Shown piece by piece: positions 18,523-26,723 of a stretch of 29,965 nucleotides of DNA. Location: contig CAZZNC010000001.1 of NCBI GenBank assembly GCA_964655405.1, forward strand, positions 1 through 29,965. The letters are read 5' to 3'. The translations under genes were made by a program, and so were the position numbers. How positions within the stretch are numbered: position 1 is the first letter of the stretch; every line of letters starts with the position of its first letter. This stretch comes from an uncultured Anaerolineaceae bacterium (GTDB lineage Bacteria; Chloroflexota; Anaerolineae; Aggregatilineales; Aggregatilineaceae). A model generated the notes under the pieces. It ran no database searches. It had not been told where the DNA came from and saw only the letters and a list, made by a program, of their open reading frames with translations.

Positions 18523-19608
18523 TTACCCCAACAGCTCCAAGTTGGCGAGAGGAATCGGCACGACGCGATCCGCAGACAGGCGTACTTGTGCGCACGGCAC
18601 ACGCAGCCCATTTTCTAAGACCTGGGGCGTTTGGGGCAACGCTTCCACCGTGCCCACCAGCCCGTCCCAGGGCGCGCGCGTAGCTCGCACCTGCGTCCCC
18701 ACCATGAGAGCTTGGTCAGGGGAAGGAGCAGGCGGGGCTACCCCTTCTGCAGGGAGCGGGATCATAATTTCCGGACGATCGTCTGCCCAGCGTTCCGGTT
18801 GTGCCGCGTCAAAAGCGGCTTGCCGCCCCATATTTTCTTGCAACAGCCGATAGATCAATGTCGTGGGACGACGCGACCCGAACCCGTCGGTTAGCAGTAC
18901 AGGGAATGTAAGCTGCATTGCAAATTCGCGCAAGTCCGCCGACATGCTCGGCGCCACCACACCGGCCACGCCTTGCTGTCGTGCCACCATCAGATCGCCA
19001 GCGTTGATCGGTGCAGGACTGATGATAACGACGTTGCGATACTCAGAAATGCGCGGGTCCATTTTGCTCAGGCCCGCGAAGCCATCCGGCGGCAAAAAGC
19101 GATAAGCGCGGTAAGCATAGCGCCCGTTGCCCCACATACATTGGATCAGCGCGCCGCGTCCGGTGATGGTGACTTGGTGCGTTTCGGCAGCGCTCACCTG
19201 CCCGGGCACACGTGCTTTGATCTCCACCATCTGGCGGGACTCTTGCAGCACCAAGCGGCTGCCGAGGATGGCCGTCACCACGCCTTCCACCGGAGAATAC
19301 AAAATCTTGGTACGTCGTCCCTTGCCGGTGCGTGCCAGCTCTTGCCCGAACTGCACGCGCATTCCTTCTTCAACGCGCAGCACGTCGTCCATGCGTTGTG
19401 CGGTCGGGTTCTTGAGCTTCAGTTCGGCGGCCACGTCCACGATATGATAGTCGCCCAATATCTCACCGGCCAGCACGGTTTGCACCGCGTCTACAGGTTC
19501 GTTGAGCACCACTTGCGACGCATCCGCGATGGCGTGCGGAGGCAACTTGCGCGTGCGGATGACGGTGGTAAAGCCCTGCACGACCGTCAATTCGGGATAG
19601 TAGGGCAT
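18523..19608 (-). CDS. Conserved-looking hypothetical protein with barrel-sandwich-hybrid (RnfC-N/biotinyl-lipoyl-like) segments and a C-terminal KOW/SH3-like domain; GlmL-cluster partner
   Basis: 361 aa, GAGGAG RBS. VEEGMRVQFGQELA...ILYSPVEGVVTAI...IKARVPGQV; C-terminal VGTQVRATRAPWDGLVGTV...PIPLANLELL. Confidence 0.7.
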   Translation of the reverse strand: MPYYPELTVVQGFTTVIRTRKLPPHAIADASQVVLNEPVDAVQTVLAGEILGDYHIVDVAAELKLKNPTAQRMDDVLRVEEGMRVQFGQELARTGKGRRTKILYSPVEGVVTAILGSRLVLQESRQMVEIKARVPGQVSAAETHQVTITGRGALIQCMWGNGRYAYRAYRFLPPDGFAGLSKMDPRISEYRNVVIISPAPINAGDLMVARQQGVAGVVAPSMSADLREFAMQLTFPVLLTDGFGSRRPTTLIYRLLQENMGRQAAFDAAQPERWADDRPEIMIPLPAEGVAPPAPSPDQALMVGTQVRATRAPWDGLVGTVEALPQTPQVLENGLRVPCAQVRLSADRVVPIPLANLELLG

Positions 19609-19615
19609 GGTTCGC

Positions 19616-21451
19616 TTACTCCTCTTCCGCCAACACGGCCAATGCCTCCGGCGTCAAGTCCTCCACGCTCGGCAAGAGTTCTTCTTCCGGCCACTTTTCC
19701 ATCGGTTCGGGAGCAACTTGCGCGGGGGCGCTCATGGCTTGCAACCAGGCCATCAACTGTGCGGCGCGGTCTCGTGGACGCGGCATTGCCAGCGGTCGCC
19801 CACGTGCGTCAAAGATCAGCCCGGCCACACCGGTAACCATGCGGCGCTTGAGCCGACGTTTGCCCGCAATGGAAAGTCCTCGGCCCAATTGGACGCGCAC
19901 TTCGACCGGTTCACCGGGGAGCAACGGCGCGCGCCAAATTTCTCCGCTGCGCACGACATGGGTCAATTTTTGTTTGTTGCCATAACGGATCTGTACCTTC
20001 ATCGCCTTGCGTCCGCGCCGCTTGCGCCCCAGCGGGCAAAAAGCTGTGCCCAAATGCACCAGGCCGCCGCTTTCCAGCGCCTGCACGGTGACGAGGGGCT
20101 TGAGGTACGCTACCACGCCCAGCGAAGCAACCAGGTTGTACGGATCGAGGTACAAATCTGCCAGGCCCACCGGCTGCAAAGCGTCCAGCAGCAACATGGC
20201 GGCCATCGCCGGATGTTGCGCATCGGTCAGCACAGCGCCTGCTGCAATGATGGGGTGGAAGTGGGGCAGCAGCGCGCTTTCGCCCGTGCCCCACATCGGA
20301 CGCGCGTCCGTGACCAGCTCCCGCACGATCTCGCGTGCCAATGCCTGCTCGATCAACATCTCTTCGGTGGTGCCGGGAACGGTGGCCGGTCGCAGTTCCT
20401 TATTGTGGGCGTAGTTGCGCAACGTTTCCGTGTCCATCTCGAAGGGCAACCATTGTTGCACGCGCGCGGGCGTGATTGTCTCCAGCGCCTGCACGATGTT
20501 GTGTCCCACGCCCAAATCGGTGCGAATGGTGTAGACGGGCTGGCGGTTCACGCCGGCGAAGATCAGACTGTTGGCGCTGCCCACGTCCACGCACAACGGC
20601 CCCATGCCCGGGCCTGGCAGGGTTGCCATGTAGCGCATGGCGCTAATGTAGCCCTGCGTGGTGGGGACAAGTCCTACGTCGCTTTGCCGTCCCACCTCGT
20701 CGAAACCGCCCGTGCTTTTGCTGCGGTACTCGTCGTAAACCAGCGCCAGCTCGATCTGCGCGGGGAAAAGCTGCTCGTTTTGCGCATTGGGGCGCACGTT
20801 CTTGGCCGTAAAAATGGTGGTATATGGCTCCAGCCGTGTTTTGACCGCTCTCCGCAAGATTTGGTTGCCGGCAAAAAGCACCGTCGGCGGCGTGCCGCGA
20901 TGCACCAGCGAAAGCGCCAGTTCCACTTTGCCGATCAATTCCTTGATCAGTTCCTCTGCCCCGTCGTCTGTCCCGCCGACGATGAAGATCATGTCGGAAT
21001 TGCTGTTCAGCAGCGCGTTGATCTGCTCTTCTTCGCTGCGTGTATCTTCCGGCGTCAGCGTGTCGGTGATGGTGACATACGTGCCGGCCAACGCATGGCG
21101 TGCGGCTTCTAGGCTCAGCTCTTCGGTCAGCCCTACAAGGAAGACCCTCATCGGGCGGCCTGCGCTCGACGTGGCAAGGAACGCTCCCACCCCTTGCCCG
21201 CTGTCGTCGTCCGACAAAAATAGTGTTTGCCCTTGCGGATCGAGCAAGGTGCGACCGGTGAACTCGGCCATTTGCGCGGCGGCATGTTCCAAACCCAACC
21301 CCACGCGAGAAAGCGGCGGCTCGGCGGTTGTGCGCACACGCGAGGCGGCCACCAGGCGATATTGCCCTTCTACCAAGTCCAGCAGCAACAGCCGCGTATG
21401 CACGCTGCCCAAGTCTGTGACCAGGATCGAGCTTGTGTCTTGTTCCGCCAT
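19616..21451 (-). CDS. Glutamate mutase L (GlmL/MutL)-family ASKHA-fold protein, long form
   Basis: 611 aa. Phosphate-1-like LVTDLGSVHTR, SSAGRPMRV (SSA.GGL-like), IFIVGGTDDG, phosphate-2-like CVDVGSANS, RTDLGVG, IIAAGAVL, C-terminal GLIFDARGRPL. Confidence 0.8.
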   Translation of the reverse strand: MAEQDTSSILVTDLGSVHTRLLLLDLVEGQYRLVAASRVRTTAEPPLSRVGLGLEHAAAQMAEFTGRTLLDPQGQTLFLSDDDSGQGVGAFLATSSAGRPMRVFLVGLTEELSLEAARHALAGTYVTITDTLTPEDTRSEEEQINALLNSNSDMIFIVGGTDDGAEELIKELIGKVELALSLVHRGTPPTVLFAGNQILRRAVKTRLEPYTTIFTAKNVRPNAQNEQLFPAQIELALVYDEYRSKSTGGFDEVGRQSDVGLVPTTQGYISAMRYMATLPGPGMGPLCVDVGSANSLIFAGVNRQPVYTIRTDLGVGHNIVQALETITPARVQQWLPFEMDTETLRNYAHNKELRPATVPGTTEEMLIEQALAREIVRELVTDARPMWGTGESALLPHFHPIIAAGAVLTDAQHPAMAAMLLLDALQPVGLADLYLDPYNLVASLGVVAYLKPLVTVQALESGGLVHLGTAFCPLGRKRRGRKAMKVQIRYGNKQKLTHVVRSGEIWRAPLLPGEPVEVRVQLGRGLSIAGKRRLKRRMVTGVAGLIFDARGRPLAMPRPRDRAAQLMAWLQAMSAPAQVAPEPMEKWPEEELLPSVEDLTPEALAVLAEEE

Positions 21452-21457
21452 GCGCCC

Positions 21458-22135
21458 CTAGCCCCCCACGCGATCTAAGATGAAGATCACTTGTTCGCGG
21501 ACAACGTCGCTAAATACGCTCAGGCTGGCGATGATCGCGCCTGCATAGAGTGCACCCAGCGTCACCATGACAAAAGCGCGCCCTACCACGCTGATCCCTT
21601 GCAGCCAGCGCGGGCGTGTGACTTCGCCTTGCCGTTCCACTGCCAGGTATTGGAAGTAGAGCAACGTGGAAATGACCCCCACGATCATAATCGCCCCGTC
21701 GAGCTTATCGCGTTGCACCCAGCGTCCTGTTTCGCGCACGAGTGGCGCTATCGTTCCGCTCACCGCGCCGACCAGCGCCACCGCCAACCCTACGCCGATC
21801 AGAAACGCCAACTCCAGGTCTCCGATGGGGGCCAGCCGTGCAGAAAACTTGAGCAACAGCAGTGCGCCGCCCAAAAAAGGCAACGCGCCCAGCGCCCGCA
21901 GCCCCATCAGGGTTGTTTGGTCGTATGCGTCAGCGTCGGCCAGCAAGGTTTGGTGCAACCAGGGCACGAGCACGCTTTCCACGGCTACGATAGCGATATA
22001 CGCCGTCGCTACGCCCACCAGCACATGCAGCGCCAAACGATACAGCACGTTGTCGCTCAGCAAATAGCTGAAGATCATCAGCGTTAGGACGAGCGAGACC
22101 CATCCGGCGATCAGGTCTAATGTGTCTGGACTCAC
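21458..22135 (-). CDS. Polytopic membrane protein (about 6 TM) of the DUF6754/GlmL-like cluster
   Basis: Start reassigned to GTG 22135 (GGAGG RBS; GTGA overlap with the upstream stop), 225 aa. LTLMIFSYLLSDNVLYRLA, ISTLLYFQY, GRAFVMVTLGALYA. Confidence 0.8.
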   Translation of the reverse strand: MSPDTLDLIAGWVSLVLTLMIFSYLLSDNVLYRLALHVLVGVATAYIAIVAVESVLVPWLHQTLLADADAYDQTTLMGLRALGALPFLGGALLLLKFSARLAPIGDLELAFLIGVGLAVALVGAVSGTIAPLVRETGRWVQRDKLDGAIMIVGVISTLLYFQYLAVERQGEVTRPRWLQGISVVGRAFVMVTLGALYAGAIIASLSVFSDVVREQVIFILDRVGG

Positions 22136-25100
22136 CGGTGCTCCCTCCGTAACAACCCGCGCAGTACATTGAAGAGCAAGCCTAACGTAATCAGCAGCGC
22201 CGCCACCAACGCGCCCCACGCCATGCTGTGCCATTGTGCCGCTTGGGGATCGGGCACGTTGGGGGCATCCGGCGGCGGTGTGTAAGGCGTGCGTGCCGCG
22301 GCGTTATAGGCCGCGTCGTAGCGGAAAGCGTCCCGCAGACCGGCCAAATAGCCCGCGTAGCCGTCTTTTTGCACATAAGGCGTCGTCAACGGCTCGGCGG
22401 CTGCGGTGACCAGCGCCACTTTGTGCAGCGGCAGCTCTTTGAGTTGCTCTGCCCAGGTGCGCACATCGTCCAGCCCTTCGCCCACCACTACCACCAGCAC
22501 CACATCTTGCCCCACATCGGCGATCAGCAAATTGGTTGGGTCGCCGCGCAAATCGTACTCGAAGGCGGGTTGCACAGCCAAGTTGCCCTCGGCGTCGTGA
22601 AAAACTTCGCGCAGCGTGCGCACACCGACTGCCTCGCCGGAAAGATATCCCAGCACGTAATAGTCCTCGCCCCAGCGCAACATTTCCTCGCCCTGGCCGC
22701 GCACTTTGAGCAAGGCGGGGTCTTCGGTCAGCGGGGCCATGACCGCCGTTGTGTGGAACGCTCCCGCCGGATCAGTGCTCAGCAACACAGGGATCGCGTT
22801 GCGCGCCAGCACGCCGCGTAAAACGGCTTGGGCCAGCGGATCGAGTTCACCGGCAGCGGTAGGGGCATACTCGAACGCGAAAAGCACATAATCCCCCGCG
22901 TCCAGCGCGTTGATCTCGTCGGCCACAGCTTGCCGTGCCCCGTCGAGTGCTGGTGGGTCGGCGGCGATGTGCAGCACGTCGGTCAGGAAAGGCGCAACCA
23001 GCGCAATCAGCAGCACCAACGCCACCACGACGCGATCCGGCTTGAGCTTGGCGCGGCGCGCGACCTTACGACGCTCGGCAGCCTGTGCGGACTCGTGTGC
23101 TTCGGCTTCCTCGGGCGTCATTTCGTCGAAAAGCCCCATCGTCGGCTCGCCGAAAGTGTCGCGTTCTTCTTCCAATTCCTCTTCTTCGGCGGCCACCAGT
23201 TCCAAGATCGCTTGCAGACGTTCGGCGCGTGCTTGTTGGGTAGGTGTAATCGCCAGTTCGGTGACCGGTTGCAAGGTTACTTTTTCCGGCAAGACGGCTT
23301 CAGCCGGTGGCAAAGCGCCTCCGATGCCCGCCAACGGCCCTTCTTCCGGCGGGGCAGACGGTTCACCTTGCTTGACAAGTTGCATCACACGCTCACGAAA
23401 CGCTTGCAATTTGCGTGGCAATTCGTGGACTGGACGCTGCTGTATGTCCATGTGCACACCGCTTGCCTGCACGGTCACCGGCAAGTTTGCGGGGCGCATT
23501 TCCTCGATCCATTCCGGCTGCACGGCTTCCGGCTCGGCAAGGGGGGCTGGTGTGGGAGGAACAAACGGCTCGGGTTCGGTGAAGACTGGGGCTTCTTCAA
23601 CGGCCATCGCTGCGAAGTCCGGCACGCCGCCAATTTCTTCCGGATGGGCGGCTTGTTCACTTTCGCCAAAAAGCGCCTCGATCTGCCGTGTGCCTTCGTC
23701 TGGAATGAGCACCGGTTCTTCCTCGGAAGCCTCCGGAGACAGCTCGGCGAGCATGGCGTCTAGGTCTTCGACGACGGCGGGCAGATTGTCTGCCGGTACG
23801 GTCAGTGCTGCCGAAACGCCCAGCAGATTTTCCAGCGCTTGACTATCCAGCGGGGCGGTTTCCAGCACCTCGGCCTCGGCAGGCGCCGGTGCTTCTTGGG
23901 CTAGCGCGGGCGGTTCGGCTTCAGAATGCGCGGTAGCTTGCTCGGCACTCGGCGCTTCCATCTCTGCGGCGTCGGCTTCGGAAAACACGTCCAGCCAATC
24001 CAACGCATCTTCGTCGGCAACGGTGCTCGCTTCCGGCGGCACTGTGGCCGGCGTGGTGACGTGCATTCCTCCGGCTATCGCTTCTCCTTCGTCCATGGCC
24101 TCACGCAGCCAGCTTGGTACGTCCTCGTCCTGAGCGGGCACAGCGTCCGCCGGAGGCTCGACCGGCTCGAAGCGCTCGACGAAGTCCTCGATGGGCGCGC
24201 GTTGTTCGGCGGAGGGTTGCTTTTCCGGTGCGGCTTCCGCCAACCAGTTCGGCATGTCGGCGGCGGCGAGTTCTTCGGTTTTCTCGGTGGATGGTGTTGC
24301 TTCACTGAGCAGTGCTTCCAAATCCGGCAAGGCTTTGTCAGCGGATGGCGTTTGTTCTTCCGGCGCGGCCTCTGCCAACCAGTCTGGCATGTCGCCAACG
24401 ACGAGTTCCTCGGCTTCCGAGGCTGCTTCGGCTGCGGAGGGGGCTTCGCCGAGCAACGCTTCCAAATCCGGCAAGGCTTCGTCGGAGGAAGGCACTTGTT
24501 CTTCCGGCTGAACCCGCAGCCGTTTGATAGACAAGCGGGGAGCTTCTGGCTCTGGCTGTTCCGGCGGGGCTTCTGCGCCACCGAACGCAGCCATCCAATC
24601 TTCGTTGCCCAGGTCTGCGCTGCCTTTCATCCAATCCGGCAAATCCGGCTCGGCGGCTTGCTCGGGGGCCTCCTGCGTGGAGGTGCCGAACGGCTGGGTG
24701 AAGGGGTCTTCGGGCATGTCCAACTGCTTGGCCCAGTCCGGCACTTCGCTCTCGTCGGGCTGGGGCATCTCTGCTACCGGACTGACCGGTTCCGGCTCCG
24801 GCAAATCTTGCGGTAACGCGATTTCTTCTTCTTGAGCCTGCGCGACAGCGTCTTGGTAGGCTTCCCACTCGTCGTAGGTCATGCCTTCTGGAATTTCTGA
24901 GGCAGGGCTTTCGGCGGCGGTTTGTTGCGGCTGCTGCAACCAGTCGGGCAAGGCTTCTTCGGCAGCCTCGGCTGTCTCTTCGCGGGACGGAGCTTGGGCC
25001 TCTTCCTGTCCGGCGGCCTGCATCCATGCAGGCACAGCATCCGCGGCAGGCGACGGGGTTTGCTCACCGGCTAACTGTTCCCAGGGCGGCGCTTCGGCTG

Positions 25101-25233
25101 GCGCACTGGGAGACGGCGGGGATTCTCCGGCTTTGGTTTCCCAGGCCGGTTGTGTTGCGTTTCCCTCGTCGGCAGACGCTGGCGTTTCTTCGTTGTTCGT
25201 TTCGTCGTCCCAGAAGTTCCACTCATCTGACAT
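22132..25233 (-). CDS. 1033-aa protein: about 730-aa acidic Pro/Ala/Glu-rich disordered region with repeated PxW motifs, then a TM-alpha/beta-TM membrane domain
   Basis: Start reassigned to ATG 25233 (MSDEWNFW). TM RVVVALVLLIALVAPFL; domain DYVLFAFEYAPTAAGELDPLA; GYLAGLRDAFRY; C-terminal TM HSMAWGALVAALLITLGLLFNVL. Confidence 0.8.
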   Translation of the reverse strand: MSDEWNFWDDETNNEETPASADEGNATQPAWETKAGESPPSPSAPAEAPPWEQLAGEQTPSPAADAVPAWMQAAGQEEAQAPSREETAEAAEEALPDWLQQPQQTAAESPASEIPEGMTYDEWEAYQDAVAQAQEEEIALPQDLPEPEPVSPVAEMPQPDESEVPDWAKQLDMPEDPFTQPFGTSTQEAPEQAAEPDLPDWMKGSADLGNEDWMAAFGGAEAPPEQPEPEAPRLSIKRLRVQPEEQVPSSDEALPDLEALLGEAPSAAEAASEAEELVVGDMPDWLAEAAPEEQTPSADKALPDLEALLSEATPSTEKTEELAAADMPNWLAEAAPEKQPSAEQRAPIEDFVERFEPVEPPADAVPAQDEDVPSWLREAMDEGEAIAGGMHVTTPATVPPEASTVADEDALDWLDVFSEADAAEMEAPSAEQATAHSEAEPPALAQEAPAPAEAEVLETAPLDSQALENLLGVSAALTVPADNLPAVVEDLDAMLAELSPEASEEEPVLIPDEGTRQIEALFGESEQAAHPEEIGGVPDFAAMAVEEAPVFTEPEPFVPPTPAPLAEPEAVQPEWIEEMRPANLPVTVQASGVHMDIQQRPVHELPRKLQAFRERVMQLVKQGEPSAPPEEGPLAGIGGALPPAEAVLPEKVTLQPVTELAITPTQQARAERLQAILELVAAEEEELEEERDTFGEPTMGLFDEMTPEEAEAHESAQAAERRKVARRAKLKPDRVVVALVLLIALVAPFLTDVLHIAADPPALDGARQAVADEINALDAGDYVLFAFEYAPTAAGELDPLAQAVLRGVLARNAIPVLLSTDPAGAFHTTAVMAPLTEDPALLKVRGQGEEMLRWGEDYYVLGYLSGEAVGVRTLREVFHDAEGNLAVQPAFEYDLRGDPTNLLIADVGQDVVLVVVVGEGLDDVRTWAEQLKELPLHKVALVTAAAEPLTTPYVQKDGYAGYLAGLRDAFRYDAAYNAAARTPYTPPPDAPNVPDPQAAQWHSMAWGALVAALLITLGLLFNVLRGLLRREHR
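24224..24508 (-). repeat. Intragenic tandem duplication (two units, 48 and 45 codons)
   Basis: GCTTCCAAATCCGGCAAGGCTT identical at 24314 and 24458 (144 bp apart); GCCAACCAGT at 24239 and 24374 (135 bp apart). Encodes PEEQ.PS.D.ALPDLEALL.EA...EEL...DMP.WLAEAA twice. Confidence 0.9.
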
Positions 25234-25267
25234 AGCGCTATGTCCCCACTGTCCCCTGAGCCGACCC

Positions 25268-25918
25268 TTAGCCGCGCAGTGTGCGGTCTTGCCCCATGAG
25301 CACACGCACACCGACCATCAGCGTTCCCAGGCCCACGCCTAGCAAAATGCCGCGCGCGCCTGCGCCAACAGGAATAGCTACGATCCAATCGCGCACGTCG
25401 GCCAACTTTTCTGTGCCGTTCACAGGCACCCAACCCAACAACACGACGATCACCGTCAGCGTGAAGAGTGTGTGCCACAACGTGACCTCGCGGCGCATGA
25501 GGCGATAGGCCGCGTAGACCAAGAAGAACACCAACAGACCGGCCAATGCCGATTCTATGCTGACCTGCACCGCCTCAAAGAGCCGCGTGCTCATCATCTC
25601 ACCGGAAAGTTCACCGCGCCACACGTCCGCACGATCCACTATACGCAGTGTGACCGTGCCCGCCAGTGCCAGCACCACGACCACGCTGTAGGGCCAGCCG
25701 TGCTCTCGTTGCCGCACACGGCCCAGATGCACCGCCAACACGTTCAACACACCGATCAACGCAGCTAACGCAGCCGTGACCATCACGATGCGCAACAGAA
25801 AATCGGCAGTGTGTGCAGTTACAGACCCGGGTTTTGCCAGCAAGCCGATCAACGTGATCAACGCGATACTCAGCGCGGTGACGGTTGCCAGAAAATGCAC
25901 CAAACGATGGCGTCTCAC
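25268..25918 (-). CDS. Polytopic membrane protein (about 6 TM) of the DUF6754/GlmL-like cluster
   Basis: 216 aa, GTG start. Hydrophobic segments with ALIGVLNVL..HL, LAGLLVFFLVYAAYR, C-terminal PVGAGARGILLGVGLGTL..GVRVLMG.DR. Confidence 0.8.
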   Translation of the reverse strand: MRRHRLVHFLATVTALSIALITLIGLLAKPGSVTAHTADFLLRIVMVTAALAALIGVLNVLAVHLGRVRQREHGWPYSVVVVLALAGTVTLRIVDRADVWRGELSGEMMSTRLFEAVQVSIESALAGLLVFFLVYAAYRLMRREVTLWHTLFTLTVIVVLLGWVPVNGTEKLADVRDWIVAIPVGAGARGILLGVGLGTLMVGVRVLMGQDRTLRG

Positions 25919-25991
25919 GAGACCCCCATTTCCCCTTGCTTTGCGCTCGCTCCTAATCGTATCACGTTGCGGCGCGCGCCCAAAGAGACCT

Positions 25992-26723
25992 TTACAACAA
26001 AGCCTGGAGTAGTTCCACCACGATGCCCGCGATCACCAACCAGCGTAACGCTTCAATGGCGATCACGCCGCCGCGTTCCAGGGCGTTACCGTCCAGGTAA
26101 GCCGGCCCAACGTAAAGTTCTTCGCCCAAGAGCACATGTTCGGCTTGTGCAAAGGCGACTGCTTGCCCTTCCAGCCAATCGCTGTGCGCGATCATGTGCT
26201 GGTCGTGCCGCAGGGCACTTTCGCCGAGCAATGCCAGCTCTTCACGGTAGCGCCCCAGCAAAATCAAGCTATGTTCGCGGCGATCTGCGCTCAAGCTGGC
26301 GACACCTGCGGCAAACGCAATGCCCTCAGGATACCAAGCAGCCAGACGACTGTGCCATTTTCCCGCCCGTTGCCGATATTCGTAAGCGCGGCGCAAGGTT
26401 TCTTGCGCCAAGGACAGAGCCAGCGGGTTGGCCAGCGTGAAGGTGGGTGTCCGCTCGGCGATGGCAATCCGTTCGGCCAGGCGGAAAAACACCTCCGCGC
26501 CGGTCAAAGCACTGATTGTGCTTGCTGTGGCCGGTGCGCTGGTTCCCAGCGAAAAATGCAGCCGGTGGCCGCTCTCTACGGCGTCGGCGGCCAGCAGGGG
26601 CAGGGCTTCATAAGCGGGAATGCGACGCAAGCGCAGCCCAAAACGTCGCACGATGAAGCGCCCGACCAATGTTGCTGCAAACGCAATCGCCAGCAATACA
26701 ATCGTCAAATTGGCGTCGTTCAT
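25992..26723 (-). CDS. DUF6754-like protein (N-terminal TM, alpha/beta domain, C-terminal TM)
   Basis: 243 aa, GAGGGG RBS, ATGA overlap with the upstream gene. LRRIPAYEAL...AVESGHRLHFSLG, VLLGEELYVGPAYL and IEALRWLVI recalled as DUF6754-type patterns (from memory, not searched). Confidence 0.72.
   Translation of the reverse strand: MNDANLTIVLLAIAFAATLVGRFIVRRFGLRLRRIPAYEALPLLAADAVESGHRLHFSLGTSAPATASTISALTGAEVFFRLAERIAIAERTPTFTLANPLALSLAQETLRRAYEYRQRAGKWHSRLAAWYPEGIAFAAGVASLSADRREHSLILLGRYREELALLGESALRHDQHMIAHSDWLEGQAVAFAQAEHVLLGEELYVGPAYLDGNALERGGVIAIEALRWLVIAGIVVELLQALL

Noticed and set aside
19616-21451. Calling this gene a true glutamate mutase component or the DNA mismatch-repair mutL
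   Set aside because: No B12 mutase subunits are nearby, and there are no GHKL ATPase motifs of mismatch-repair MutL.
594-24816. Long antisense or alternate-frame ORFs (594-1595, 2332-3225, 9577-10533, 11167-12039, 13664-14485, 19607-21112, 22828-23763, 22910-23842, 23926-24816)
   Set aside because: They shadow well-supported genes, are Arg/His/Gln- or Ser-rich with no family motifs, and are expected from GC-rich codon bias.
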